64,000 nt of DNA from the NCBI RefSeq assembly GCF_006345805.1, contig NC_043009.1:57102001-57166000 (forward strand), in the 5' to 3' direction. A program made the translations under genes and the position numbers. Below are positions 13,163 to 26,499 of this stretch, in pieces. Numbering within the stretch: the first letter of the stretch is position 1; every line of letters starts with the position of its first letter. The notes below the pieces were generated by a model. The model had not been told where the DNA came from. It saw only the letters and a list, made by a program, of their open reading frames with translations, and searched no databases. Source of the stretch: Octopus sinensis (lineage: Eukaryota).

Positions 13163-13395
13163 AGTGATTGTACGAAAGAGAGAGAGAGAGAGAGAAGAAA
13201 AGAAAGAAAGTGGGAAAGAGTGGACTTATTAATGATGGCTTTAGTGATTTTTTTTATATGTTTATAAATATTTATGTCAGAAACACATTCCAGAACGAAA
13301 CAAATCTGACGAGCGTAGGCTAATGAGATTTACATGGAACTTTTATTTGTTATAATCAGTTTTTTCATATACGTATGTATTATATATATATATAT

Positions 13396-13455
<60 letters not shown>

Positions 13456-13665
13456 AAAGCAGAAAATGGAGATACAGTTGATGAATAACAATTGATTTAT
13501 ATCATTATTATTTATCAATTAATTACAAATGGACAGAATCTCAACTTACAGCTGTTTCCGTTAGCGTGATTATTTATATTATATATATATATGCATATAT
13601 ATGTGTGTGTATGCATGCATAAACATATACATATATATACATATATATATGTATATATGTATATT

Positions 13666-13696
<31 letters not shown>

Positions 13697-13700
13697 ACGC

Positions 13701-13734
<34 letters not shown>

Positions 13735-13902
13735 TATATAATCGCAGACCTGGCTGTGTGGTAAGAAGCTTGTTTCCCAAACACGTGGTTCTGGATTCAG
13801 TCCTACAACATTGTACCTTGGGAAAATGTTTTCTTCTATAGTATTCGGCTGACCAAAGCCTTGTGAGTGGATTTGGCAGAAGGAAAGTGAAAGAACTCCG
13901 TC

Positions 13903-13954
<52 letters not shown>

Positions 13955-15218
13955 CTATGTGTCTGTATTTGTCCTCCATCAACATTTGACAACTGGTGTT
14001 GGTGTGTTTACGTCCCTGTAACTTAGCAATACTGCAAAATGGACCGATACTAGGCTTTAAAAATATGTCCTGGGGTCGATTTGTTCGATTAAAATTCTTC
14101 AAGGCGGTGCTCCAGCATGGCCTCAGTTAAATGACTGAAACAAATAAAAGAATAAGAATTAAAGAAATGCGAAGCAGCGACGATTAAAATAAAAGTGAGT
14201 ATATTTATAATTCCCACACTCATGTATACTCAAACGGAAAGACTTTCGCTGCAGTAACTGTGTTAGAATAGATATTCTTCTTGTGGACAATGTGTGTAAA
14301 AGGATACCAAGAAGGGCCATGAATTATGTAGTTGGACCGTCGTTACAGCTCATGAACTACAAACACCGAATCCGTTGTTTATAGCTCAGTATGAACTACC
14401 GTGCTTATTTGTAAATAACAAGTAATAAATTCGCTGGCGTGTGCGAAGCTCTGTCAGGCTGGAATTAGTTGACTGAAGGCATACTAATGAACGATGATTA
14501 AAATAAAATAAATTAAGACTTTTTTGGGATCATAATTTTTATAGATGTAAGCATAAATTATTAAAATTATGGTCTCATAATTTTAAGGAACAAGAAACGC
14601 ATTGTTTTGTACTAAATTTATTGCCTGTTTATTGATAGATGAACAAAAACAGAATCAAGTCAAAATCAGACAATGATTTTGGTGTGTTTACGGCCCTGTA
14701 ACTTGGCAGTTCGTCAAAAGAGAGACCGATAGAATAAGTACCAGGCTTAAAATTTAGAAAAAAAAAGTACTGGAGTTGGTTCGTTCGATTAAAATTCTTC
14801 AAGGCGGTGCCCCAGCATGGCCACAGTCTAATGACTGAAACAAATAAAAAATACATATATATATATTTATTCACACACGCACACACACACACACATGCAT
14901 AATCCTTATTACTGGTCTATCTCAGCGCACTCCAGCTGGTAGCTGAAACCAGATTATATAATTCGACTTGCAGAACTCGTTGGGAAGCTAAACCACAAGA
15001 GTAAACAAGAGAGACAGAGACAGGCAGAAACAAGAAAAATGCCCCTTGTATTTGAATACTGTGCAAATATTCTTTTAAAATAATTTTCATTTAACTTTTC
15101 CAAAATTTATTTGTTTTCCATTTATACAGTTGAAAAAGTCTCAAATAACCGAAACCGGTACTGAAATGTTTTTATAAAATTATTTTAGCATTTTTTACCT
15201 AAACTTTTTTTCCATGTA

Positions 15219-15258
<40 letters not shown>

Positions 15259-15726
15259 ATCAGTGATGTTTTGACAGTTGCTAATATATGTTATGCGTTA
15301 TTTTTATAAGTTTGCCTCAGCTTATAAACAGTTTACCCAAGTATCTATTTTATCTCCTCATTCATATGATACTCTTATTCACTGTAATTACTATTCAACC
15401 TCAATTCATTAACCCATTATTACCCTAATTATATTCACATATTATACATTACCCACTAAAACAACCTATAAACCCCTAATCCGGACATATACCAATATTC
15501 TTTTTTACTCTAGGCACAAGGCCCGAAATTTTTGGAGAAGGGAACCAGCCGATTAGATCGACCACAGTACGCAATTGGTACTTAGTTTGTCGACCCCGAA
15601 AGGATGAAAGGTAAAGTCGACCTCGATGAAGGACATATACCATTATTAGCCATAAAATAATACTCAGTCTGCTGTGATGATTTTAAAATAAACACTTTAA
15701 AACCTAATGGAATATCTTTTTTCTAC

Positions 15727-15809
15727 CCCTCTGAAGAGAATTTGCGTAATATAATGATATTATTAATTACTATTTAATTTATTAGGCTTAATTGAAACAG
15801 CTGTAAGGG
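15727..15809 (+). ncRNA. Minimal type-I hammerhead ribozyme motif
   Basis: CCCT-CTGAAGA-G-AATT...AATT-GAAA-CAGCTG-TA-AGGG: stem I CCCT/AGGG, palindromic stem III ACAGCTGT, GUA triplet. Confidence 0.65.
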
Positions 15810-15907
15810 ACTATGTCTGATTTTTGCAGATATAGATTTTTTATTAAATGTTATATCTCCATTTTCTTACTTTCTTTTGAATGATTATAAACCATGATAT
15901 TATATAT

Positions 15908-15954
<47 letters not shown>

Positions 15955-15965
15955 ATATATATATA

Positions 15966-16003
<38 letters not shown>

Positions 16004-16263
16004 TACCAATAGGTATTTTTAAATGGAAATAGGCGGCCTCTAATTGACGTACGTAAAAAAGTCGGGGAAAAAAAAGATTGTCACTAAATAAAATAAAGTT
16101 TACCTAACCCTGGTATCATGTGTACATATTTTAGTAGAAATTGAAACTGTTATATCAACTATTGTGTTTTCGTTGTAGCTTTTTCCAATAACAAAAGATT
16201 TTCTGCATATTCATACGGTGTCAAAATGGTGTGTGTATGAATGCAACACACAAAGTCACAGAC

Positions 16264-16308
<45 letters not shown>

Positions 16309-16640
16309 ACACACACACACATGCATAATCCTTATTACTGGTCTATCTCAGCGCACTCCAGCTGGTAGCTGAAACCAGATTATATAATTCGACTTGCAGA
16401 ACTCGTTGGGAAGCTAAACCACAAGAGTAAACAAGAGAGACAGAGACAGGCAGAAACAAGAAAAATGCCCCTTGTATTTGAATACTGTGCAAATATTCTT
16501 TTAAAATAATTTTCATTTAACTTTTCCAAAATTTATTTGTTTTCCATTTATACAGTTGAAAAAGTCTCAAATAACCGAAACCGGTACTGAAATGTTTTTA
16601 TAAAATTATTTTAGCATTTTTTACCTAAACTTTTTTTCCA

Positions 16641-16682
<42 letters not shown>

Positions 16683-17152
16683 ATCAGTGATGTTTTGACA
16701 GTTGCTAATATATGTTTATGCGTTATTTTTATAAGTTTGCCTCAGCTTTATAAACAGTTTACCCAAGTATCTATTTTATCTCCTCATTCATATGATACTC
16801 TTATTCACTGTAATTTACTATTCAACCTCAATTCATTAACCCATTATTACCCTAATTATATTCACATATTATACATTACCCACTAAAACAACCTATAAAC
16901 CCCTAATCCGGACATATACCAATATTCTTTTTTACTCTAGGCACAAGGCCCGAATTTTTGGAGAAGGGAACCAGCCGATTAGATCGACCACAGTACGCAA
17001 TTGGTACTTAGTTTGTCGACCCCGAAAGGATGAAAGGTAAAGTCGACCTCGATGAAGGACATATACCATTATTAGCCATAAAATAATACTCAGTCTGCTG
17101 TGATGATTTTAAAATAAACACTTTAAAACCTAATGGAATATCTTTTTTCTAC

Positions 17153-17234
17153 CCCTCTGAAGAGAATTTGCGTAATATAATGATATTATTATTACTATTT
17201 AATTTATTAGGCTTAATTGAAACAGCTGTAAGGG
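17153..17234 (+). ncRNA. Second copy of the type-I hammerhead motif (in duplicated unit)
   Basis: Same elements as 15727-15809. Confidence 0.6.
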
Positions 17235-17352
17235 ACTATGTCTGATTTTTGCAGATATAGATTTTTATTAATGTTATATCTCCATTTTCTTACTTTCTTT
17301 TGAATGATTATAAACCATGATTATATATATAATATATATATATATATAATAT

Positions 17353-17411
<59 letters not shown>

Positions 17412-17903
17412 ATATATATATTCATACCAATAGGTATTTTTAAATGGAAATAGGCGGCCTCTAATTGACGTACGTAAAAAAGTCGGGGAAAAAAAAGATT
17501 GTCACTAAATAAAATAAAGTTTACCTAACCCTGGTATCATGTGTACATATTTTAGTAGAAATTGAAACTGTTATATCAACTATTGTGTTTTCGTTGTAGC
17601 TTTTTCCAATAACAAAAGATTTTCTGCATATTCATACGGTGTCAAAATGGTGTGTGTATGAATGCAACACACAAAGTCACAGACTAACACACACACACAC
17701 CACACACACACACCACACACACACACACACCACACACAAGTACTTTTTGTTGAATGATTTTTTTGTTATTCTTTTTTTTGTATATACAGTGTATTATATT
17801 CTCTTGTTTTTTTCTCTCGTTTTTCTCTCGAGTGTTTTATATTTGAGACCCGACGATAAGGTTACTCAATCATTGCTCATAAAGACAAGTAATACACACA
17901 CAT

Positions 17904-17956
<53 letters not shown>

Positions 17957-18187
17957 CACGCACACGCACGCGCGCGCACACACACACACATACGCACATA
18001 CATACATATATACATACATACATACATACATGGCATAGTACGGACGTTCTTGATAGGATCTGCCAAACAGGAGGACTGCATCGAGCTCCACTGTCGGTTT
18101 GGCGTGGCTTCTATGACTGGTTGCCCCACCAATGCCAGTCAATTTACAGAGTGAACCGGCTGCTTTCTTTCGTGACATCAGCACTGG

Positions 18188-18896
18188 TTAGGTCATCAAG
18201 TAATTCGCCAGGCAAAACACCTCGATTAAGTTGGGGTGTAAACAACGGCAGAGGTCCGGATCAACTTCCAACTGTTCTTTCAGTTCACGACATGCATTCA
18301 TCCTTGACTGCTTTTGATCTTCCGTGATTAAGCGGGACACAAATTTTTCTGCAACTCTTTTCATTCGCAATTCCTCGCTCAAAATTCCTTGGCAGGAGAT
18401 CCAGGACACATCAGTCATACAAACAAGTTTGTCAATTGTTCGGTGATGGTCTTCCAAGATCTGTTCATGAATTTTTAGGATGTTTTCATTCGTTCTGGAG
18501 GTTGACGGTCGCCCTGAACGATGTTGATCCTCAAGCGACAAGTGATCAGTCCTAAAGCGTGAAAATCATTCATAAACTTGATTTTTCTCATGGCAGCGGC
18601 TTTGTAAGCTGTTTGAAGTATGACAATTGCTTTGGCCGCCGTTTTCTCCAGCAGAAAACAGAATTTCACAGAAGCACGCCGTTACTTCGTTTCAGCCATC
18701 GCAAAACTCGACGAACTGGGGAGCAGCACTGCAAAACAAAGACGCACCACTTGGCAGTATAACCAAACGGGACAACGCCGGTCGGCTGACTGATGCCTAA
18801 GGGTCGCATCAAGTGGTTTCTAGCGGCGGGAGTCTGAACTACAACTGGCTTGCCCCGCAGAGAACGTTTCCGGTTACTTGTGGGTACTCGCTCGTA
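18188..18896 (-). mobile_element. Mariner transposon 5' fragment (degenerate transposase N-terminus plus TIR)
   Basis: MKFCFLLEKTA..., SLEDQHRSGRPSTSRTNENILKI...MKRVAEKFVSRLITEDQKQSR; terminus TA-CGAGCGAGTACCCACAAGTAACCGGAA on minus strand at 18896. Confidence 0.85.
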
Positions 18897-18899
18897 TAT

Positions 18900-18975
<76 letters not shown>

Positions 18976-19271
18976 CATGTATATGTTTGTTTGTGTATAT
19001 GTTTGTGTATGTGTGTGTATGTGTGTGTATGTATAACAAGCTAAAGTAGCTGGTTTTAGAATTTCTGAGAGAGATTTAAGCAGTAATGATACTAAACAGT
19101 AATGTTTGTTGCCACCTTCTGCATCGCTGTTCCATGCTTCCACGCAGAACCATATTACTACATTTTAACCTCTGTGTCGTTAACCAGCTGGAAAAGATGT
19201 TTTCCTAGAGTTAAAATGAAGTAACATGGTTCTGCATGGAACAGCCACGCAGAAGTGGCAAGAAACATTAC

Positions 19272-19356
<85 letters not shown>

Positions 19357-19358
19357 CA

Positions 19359-19402
<44 letters not shown>

Positions 19403-19519
19403 CATATAAGAAAATGGAGAAACAAATTTAGTTTGTTCATCAACTTTCGGATATTATAATGTTGGATTATTTATTCATTTAACAAAATGAGAACCTCAAT
19501 AGCATACATATATATCTTA

Positions 19520-20506
19520 TAATTCAATATAGCTCATCTCCCATAGAATTTAAATGTTTTATCTAAGCAGAAGATAATTCTCTCGGAGTTGTTTTTCTTC
19601 AGGTTTGTGTTCTTGATGAAGCGCATTTCTATATTTTCTGTTGTACAAGGCGTACATTGGTTATCATTGCCAAGATATGAATATGTCTTTGCTAATGTGT
19701 TCCATGTCAGGTTATGTGGGATGTTCCAAATTATCGAATCTGAGATGTAGTTTGACGATGCAATATCGCTTCTTGTAACTGGGCTCCAGAACATATGCTT
19801 GTGATGATAAAAGTCTATCTTAAATATATTAAATGTTAGTCTTACAGCTCTGCGATGCACGAAGGCATCTTTCGCGGTTTAGATAGTGGCTTTACATGAA
19901 CTGATCGCTAGTTAACACCTTCAGGTGAGTTTCTCTAAGTATCGCAGACTTGGTTTTTTTTGTTTTTTTTTGCTAGAACAGCTGAAGTTCTTGGGGTATA
20001 TGTTTTTGTTGAATGGCGTGGGGTGGGGTTGGGCGTAGGGTGTTCCTAAAAGGAATAATTTCATCCACCCACTTAATTGTCTCTGTTTGTTCACAAGTGA
20101 AACACATATGTGGTCACAGAGAGTTAGGATAAACCTTGGCTGTGCTCCGACCAGTCGGCCGATTAGAAGTGTCACGGAGTTCGGGAGAGGGGGTTCGCTG
20201 TGTGGCTTGCAGATATGTGTTGAGTAGTTGCGATGAGCCAGTGGATAGCTCGATAATTGCATTAATAATTACAATTTGGCGATTGGTTATTTTTTTTGAG
20301 ATGTGAAAGCAATAAAAGGTGTTTGATGTAGATCTAATTTGCGTGTAGAGGATGAAAGTTGATGAAGAGAACTGAGGATTGCAAAAAAAAATTCAGTTTC
20401 TGAACAGATGGTGTCTGTGTAGGTTGGATGAAAAAAAACAAAGAGAAATTGTTGTGAACGCTGAAGTCAGAAAAAACGATGAGTTCAGAAAATCGGGGTG
20501 ATGTGA

Positions 20507-20554
<48 letters not shown>

Positions 20555-20760
20555 ATATATATGTCCTCAGTGCAAAAGTAGTAAAAGGAGTAGATATGTG
20601 TGGGGGAAAGAGGCGAGAGAAAATTTGAGCGAGATTACCTGAAAGTCATTATTACTGAAATCCAGGCTTGAGAGGTGCGTGATAGGAAGAGTGGGGTCTA
20701 AATGATCCCACACGCAACCTTTCACGGTGAAATTTGAAGCTAACGATTTATTTCACACAA
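19520..20760 (-). mobile_element. Penelope-like element relics (GIY-YIG endonuclease and RT C-terminal fragments)
   Basis: SNYISDSIIWNIPHNLTWNTLAKTYSYLGNDNQCTPCTTENI (GIY-YIG C-terminus) and KNFSCSSK...SLRY(L/I)(G)ET after a frameshift (GIY-YIG N-terminus). Confidence 0.55.
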
Positions 20761-21349
20761 CATATATTTCGGGCGTAATGTAAACGGAGAACATAAGAAA
20801 CAAAAGACATTGTTTTCACTGTTGTTTTTGCACTTTAACATTATTTTTTTTTTTTGTTCGCTTTTTGATTTTTCCTTTCCATCATCACTGAAAATAAACT
20901 AAGAAGGCCCGAGTTCCTTTAGAAAATTTCAAAGTGGTTTGTTTCATACAGTGGGTTAGTATCCAACAGTGAAAAGATATCGCGAAGACAATAAGCTTGA
21001 ACTTAAGGTATTGTTGTTGATGTTGTTAATATTGCAAGCTACCTCAGGCTTCTCGATTCTCTTCAGACCTGCATTCTTGACAAAGTAGTCTACCTGCATC
21101 CAAATATTATTGTCTTACGTCAATCCATGGCTCAAGATTAGTGCAAGAATATCAGACAACTTGCTGAAGTAAGAGATGACCAAGAAAAATAGATTATCAG
21201 AGTTGAGGGGAAAGGAAAGTATTGCGAAGGACATAGATAATATCAAGCCTGGAATAAAATAACCAACAATGGCAAGGACAGAATTTGAAAGAAGCTTTGG
21301 GCAGAAGCATGTAAGACTTCCTGGAATTTGATAGAGAAATAATACCTAT

Positions 21350-21575
21350 TTCTTTACTACTCACAAGGGGCTAAACACAGAGAGGACAAACAAAGACAGA
21401 CAAACGGATTAAGTCGATTATATTGACCCCAGTGCGTAACTGGTACCTATTTAATCGACCCCGAAAGGATGAAAAGCAAAGTCGACCTCGGCGGAATTTG
21501 AACTCAGAACGTAGCGGCAGACGAAATACCGCTAAGCATTTCGCCCGGCGTGCTGTTTCTGCCAAGCTCGCTGGC
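21350..21575 (-). mobile_element. tRNA-derived SINE family C
   Basis: Reverse of GAGTTCAAATTCCGCCGAGGTCGACTTTGC...TTCATCCTTTCGGGGTCGA...AGTACCAG. Other copies at ~15505-15628, 16931-17050, 26797-26893, 35770-35975, 37376-37590, 48700-49110, 49940-50080, 52795-53090. Confidence 0.85.
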
Positions 21576-21689
21576 ATCGATAAGCTGGTCAACGAAGAGG
21601 GAATGCAAAACGCCTATGCGAGAGATTTTGGAGGAATTAATATAGTATCATGGTGAGAGTTTATCTTCTGCAGAGCTACAGGAGTTGGT

Positions 21690-22645
21690 AGAGTATCGCA
21701 TCTGGATATCGATTTGTTGAGGGAGTAACTTCAGAAAAAAGTCGTACTACTGACTTCATCTCTGGAGAGTTTCCAACTGATCCACCTACGTGACTTATCA
21801 TCACTCAAATTAGAGATAAGTTTGAAGTGGATGGAAGTGTTCGGAATGTCCTCAAGAAACTTTCTCGAAAACAAAAGTACTAAAAACAAATTGCCAGGAC
21901 TCAAGAAAATATGTACGGCAGGCGAATCGTGAGATAGGTATTTCAGAAGGAAGCGTCCGTGCTTTGAATGAAGATGAACCGGATTGAAAAGTAGAGTTTT
22001 GCGAGTGGCGCTTGGTAAGACGTGTAGAAGATGCACATTTTCCAACAAAGATTATTTGGAGTGATGAGGCTACATTTGAATTAAATGGTGTAATTAACCG
22101 CCACACTTACACCTACTGAGAACCTGAGGATCTGTATATTAAGGAGGAACATCATGTTAAATCGCAAGGAATTACTGTATGGTATGGCTTATCATCAAAA
22201 CGGTTAATGGGGCTGATCTTTTTTGACGGTGCTGTGACTAGTCGACAATCTGTTATGCCAAGCATCCATGAAGACTTTGAAGATGTGGAGCTTTTTTCCC
22301 AGGAAGATAGGACTGCTCTACACTACCATTATTATATAAGGGCCTCCTATCTTAATGAGATTTTTGCCAAACAGGTCAAATTCCAGGAAGTCTTACATGC
22401 TTCTGCCCAAAAGAGGTTCAGTAGCATATATCTTCCGCATTCGCCGGACCTTAGACCACTAGATATTTTTTATGGGGATACTTAAAATATAAAGTTTGCG
22501 GTACAAATCCGGTAACAGTTGATAAAGTGAGGCCAGCCATTGAACAAGAATGTGTGCAAATATCGAACGAAATATTCCTTGATGTTCGTGATTCTGTTGT
22601 TTTGAGTTGTAAGCAGTGCCTGGGCGAAAACGATTATCAGTTTGA
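21690..22645 (+). mobile_element. Degenerate IS630-Tc1-mariner transposase (rosa/DD41D-like motif)
   Basis: [63 protein letters not shown] (cf. WPPRSxDLTPLDFFLWGYLK). Confidence 0.75.
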
Positions 22646-22649
22646 AAAC

Positions 22650-23310
22650 AGAAAGTAAAAGCGGAAAATTGGATTGCACGAAAGATGAGCTCGAACAACA
22701 ACTGAAAGAGACACACAGCGACTCTGACTGAAATAAAGTACTCCCAGAAATGCACGGACTGAAGAAACCACCTGAACCAAGGGTACTATTTGATTTGAGT
22801 GACATAAAACGGAAAGAAATGGATGAGTTCATAAGAAAAGCAAGAGCAAAAAGTCCACCAGGGAACGATGAAGTGAGCTACAAGGTATATAAATATTGCC
22901 CGAAATTACGTTTGCAGCTGTTTGCACTGATAAGAGAAATGTGGAAGAAGAAAGATGTAGCGGAGCGATGGTGTATAGCTGAAGGTATCTATCTACCTAA
23001 AGAGAAAGATGCAAAAACACTAGGACAATTTAGATCAATTTCATTGTTAAATACTGACGGGAAAATCATGTTTGGAATTATTGCTAGACGAATCATAAGA
23101 TTCGTACGGCATAACGTGTACGTTAATGAAGCAATCCAAAAAGCAGGAATCCCCGGAATCCCTGGGTGCATAGAACACACATTTTCCATCTGGGAAGCCA
23201 TCACCTATGCAAAACAACTGAAGAAAAACCTGTACATTGTTTGGCTAGATCTTGCCAATGCTTATGGATCTGTTCCGCACGCACTAATCAAAAATCTCAG
23301 GCACTGTCCC
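22650..23310 (+). mobile_element. Reverse transcriptase fragment of HERO-like (R2 superfamily) non-LTR element
   Basis: ORF 22750-23316: KARAKSPPGND, FRSISLLNTDGKI, QKAGIPGIPGCIEH, VWLDLANAYGSVPH. Confidence 0.85.
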
Positions 23311-23535
23311 TGTTGACTACATTGTACACCAAATGTATATTTCGCCTTTCTACTTCCTCCTTTCTCACTTCGTGTACCACTGCCTCTTTCATCTCTTTTA
23401 TACTGCTTTTGCAAAATGGCCTGAAATTATGCGACCCTAGACCGGCTCTTGCTTCTTGTGTCGCTCCGACTATATCAGCGTGCCTTAGTTTTCCGATCGC
23501 CCTGTTTACTGCCTCTTCCTCGTTGACGCTACATC
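23310..23535 (-). mobile_element. Inverted post-RT fragment of HERO-like element
   Basis: EEAVNRAIGKLRHADIVGATQEARAGLG...VVHEVRKEEVERR resembles the HERO LxHxDIVGxxQxGRxGLG block. Confidence 0.7.
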
Positions 23536-23824
23536 GAAGAGGCCAGGGAACAGAAGAAAGAAGAAGAAAGAAGACATGCACTCAACACCAGAGCTGAAGA
23601 CACCTCCGAAGGGGGGGGCACGTCAAAACGGTAGAGCAGTAGGGGCCGAAACCGGTCGTGGTTCCTCCTGATGATGTCTTGAGCTAACTGGATCCTATAA
23701 AGGAGCTGTTGTGGTAGCAGACCACGAAAAATGTTTGAAATTCCGTCCTTTAAATTTTGTCAGTAAATTCTACCAAATTTTGAAAATGAAATGTATTTTA
23801 ATAAACAGTGGCTTTCTAATCATT

Positions 23825-23900
<76 letters not shown>

Positions 23901-24729
23901 TGTATGTGTGTGTGTGTGTAAGTACAGCAGAATTAAAGTATGAGCAAGGCAAACAAATGGTATCGGTTCAGATTATGCCCTTTATATATTTCAACTGAAC
24001 AGAGACTATCTGCGCACCCTCTCACTTCGTTTTATTTCTTATGATCTGCTCTATTATAACAACTCAAGCAATTATGTTTAAGTATAAAAAGGCTATAACC
24101 TAAACCGATACCAGTTGTTTGCCTGTCCAAACATTCTTTCTACAATACACGTACCTGCCCAATGGTAAACCGCCTATAGCCATTCATTGCTAGGCAGTTA
24201 TAACATTGGTGCCTTTTGTTTAAGTCGCAGTTCAAGTCGGAGATTTAGGCGGTGAGTCAAGTTGAGCGCTGATTGTATGTACGTAATACTTACGTCATTC
24301 GACGAGATATTATCTGAACTCCCTCTCTCTCTCTCTCTCTCTGTGAGGACGCATGGCCTAGCGGTCAGAGTGTTACACCCACGGTTGTGGTTTCACTTCC
24401 TAGACCAGCTGGTGCGTTGTGTTCTTAAGTAAAACACTCCATCTCATACATACATACATACACACATACACACATACATACATACATACATACATACATA
24501 CATACATACATACATACATACATACATACATACATGTTTATATGTATGTATGTATATATATGTATGTATTCATGCATGCATACATGTATGTATGTATGTA
24601 TGTATGTATGTATGTATGTATGTATGTATGTATGTATGTATGTATAGTTGCTAAATCAGAAGGAAAGATCAGAGTCAATGGCCTTCGTAGACTCTCCGAA
24701 ACTGGTGAAATTGATGCCGTTTTTAGTCC

Positions 24730-25625
24730 CTTAGAACCATTGCAAGTCAACTCCTGCAGAAAAGGCGTGAACAGTGTCTAAAGACCAGACGGCCACCGTT
24801 TCTGGCCAGAAGGATTGCTGCAGCTTGGGGGACATAACCAGAGGAGAAGAGAGAGGAGTAGTTCGGAAACGCCTAACTGGAGGTAGCATGAGCTCAGCCA
24901 GATTTCGAGGAACAGAGGTCATAATCAATAAGCATATGTAGAATATGTACCGCCTAGAATAGCCAATGGATTTGTTGCGGCCACGCTCAACCGCTTTCTA
25001 TACAAGCTTATACTGCACGCCCAAAAGAATCGCCTGGAGCGGACCACTCCGCTTTCAATCCCAGTTACCTCCTGCCCATTATAGTTGTGGTATAAAAGTG
25101 GAGAGAAAACAGCAAACTCGTGGCTCAGTGACTGGAGAGTATCTGTGAGCAACTTTATGGTAATAAGTCGAGATCCTATCGTAATAATAATTGTTCAGAG
25201 CTCAAATATGTTCTGATCATGAAGAGATGGGTTACATATCGGGATGTGGTTTAACTATGTTAAGGATGTGTCTCAGCCATGGAAGTGCCTTGTTGATAGT
25301 GAAACCCAACATTATTAAGTCTCCTGACGCCTGCTGTGATGATTTCGTGATATGAGTAGCATTTGGGCTTTATTTCGTTGCTTTATATTTGCATTCGTAT
25401 ATTGAATTGAAAGAAACTCTATTGGATTACTCCTAATCAAGGATAATTTGGTGGTCTCTGTTCATGACATCAGTGCGATTTTGTTGTCTGAGATGCGAGT
25501 GGATGATGCGTTGTTGGGGATTTGAAGAACGGAGGATAGTATCGTTTGTATAAGAGTGGGCGTTGTCGGTCGTAATGGCAAGTAGGTCATTGATGTAGAG
25601 AAGGAATACATTGTACAGCCGTCCA
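24730..25625 (-). mobile_element. Degenerate CR1/L2-group LINE RT and C-terminal fragment
   Basis: FLLYINDLL....HSYTNDTIL (YADD region) and downstream LAELMLPP...QQSFWPET.AVW. Confidence 0.6.
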
Positions 25626-26499
25626 AAAATGTAACCACCTTTCAAAGCAGCCTAATGTTATTGCTAAAAGAATACACAATGTCATCTATGGTAAAGATTG
25701 CCTTGGGTTAAATATAGAAAATTCTTCTGTTATGGAGTAAATACATGCAAAATGAATATTGGTGGGACATTCTCAGCAAGACTTCTACCAAGTGCAAGCA
25801 ATACGAGCCTCATATAATTGCTAGGAATAGAAAAGACAACTTGTCTAGTTGTAGAGCTTAGTTGCCCCAAATCGACGAGAAAGGCGAAATTTACGGACAT
25901 TTGACTCGAAGCCTACGACTTTTCGACACATAAATTTATTACGCAAACACACACACACACACACACACACACCACTCACACACACACACACACATATATA
26001 CACACATACACACACAATTATTAGTGCATTCGACTATGTTAGTTAATGCCTAAGGGTCAATCTTAAAAAAACTAGGGTTTCCGAGAAAAAAGAAAAAAAA
26101 GAGACCAACGAACACGCATTTTGCAAATAGATGTTGAAAAGTTCCAGGCTTCGGGTAAAAGAAAATACAGAAGGATCAGTTAATTATGATTTTATTCAAC
26201 ATATTCCCTTCCCAAATTCACACCCTTATTGCAGCAGTCCTTCGGTTTTTCTAAACCCTATAAAAGAACACGGAAGGTCTTTCGCGATACCCTTAAAGCC
26301 AGGAACTTTTCAGCAGCCCCTCGTATAATCTGTTAGTGGAACAGTACACATAAGCAGGCTTGTTTTAAGGTTCAACACATCACTCTTTACTATGTTGTAA
26401 ACTAAATTCCAACAACGGGTCCGCGTTTATTTGTTAGAAACCAGCTCTTTCCTTATATGAAGAATGCATACGTACATACATACATACTCTGAAAGATAT

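Larger units (their letters stand above)
14880..17700. repeat. Near-identical tandem duplication, unit ~1.42 kb, bounded by (CA)n
   Basis: ATGCATAATCC at 14895 and 16321; GACTAACAC at 16261 and 17682. Differences are mainly 1-nt homopolymer indels. Confidence 0.95.

Noticed and set aside
13307-13330. CTGACGA followed by GCGTAGGC
   Set aside because: No GAAA or NUH downstream.
20020-20040. Canonical G-quadruplex motif GGGGTGGGGTTGGGCGTAGGG
   Set aside because: Lies within a decayed retroelement with no evidence of function; similar G-runs occur at ~7684-7745 and ~42040-42185 in repeats.
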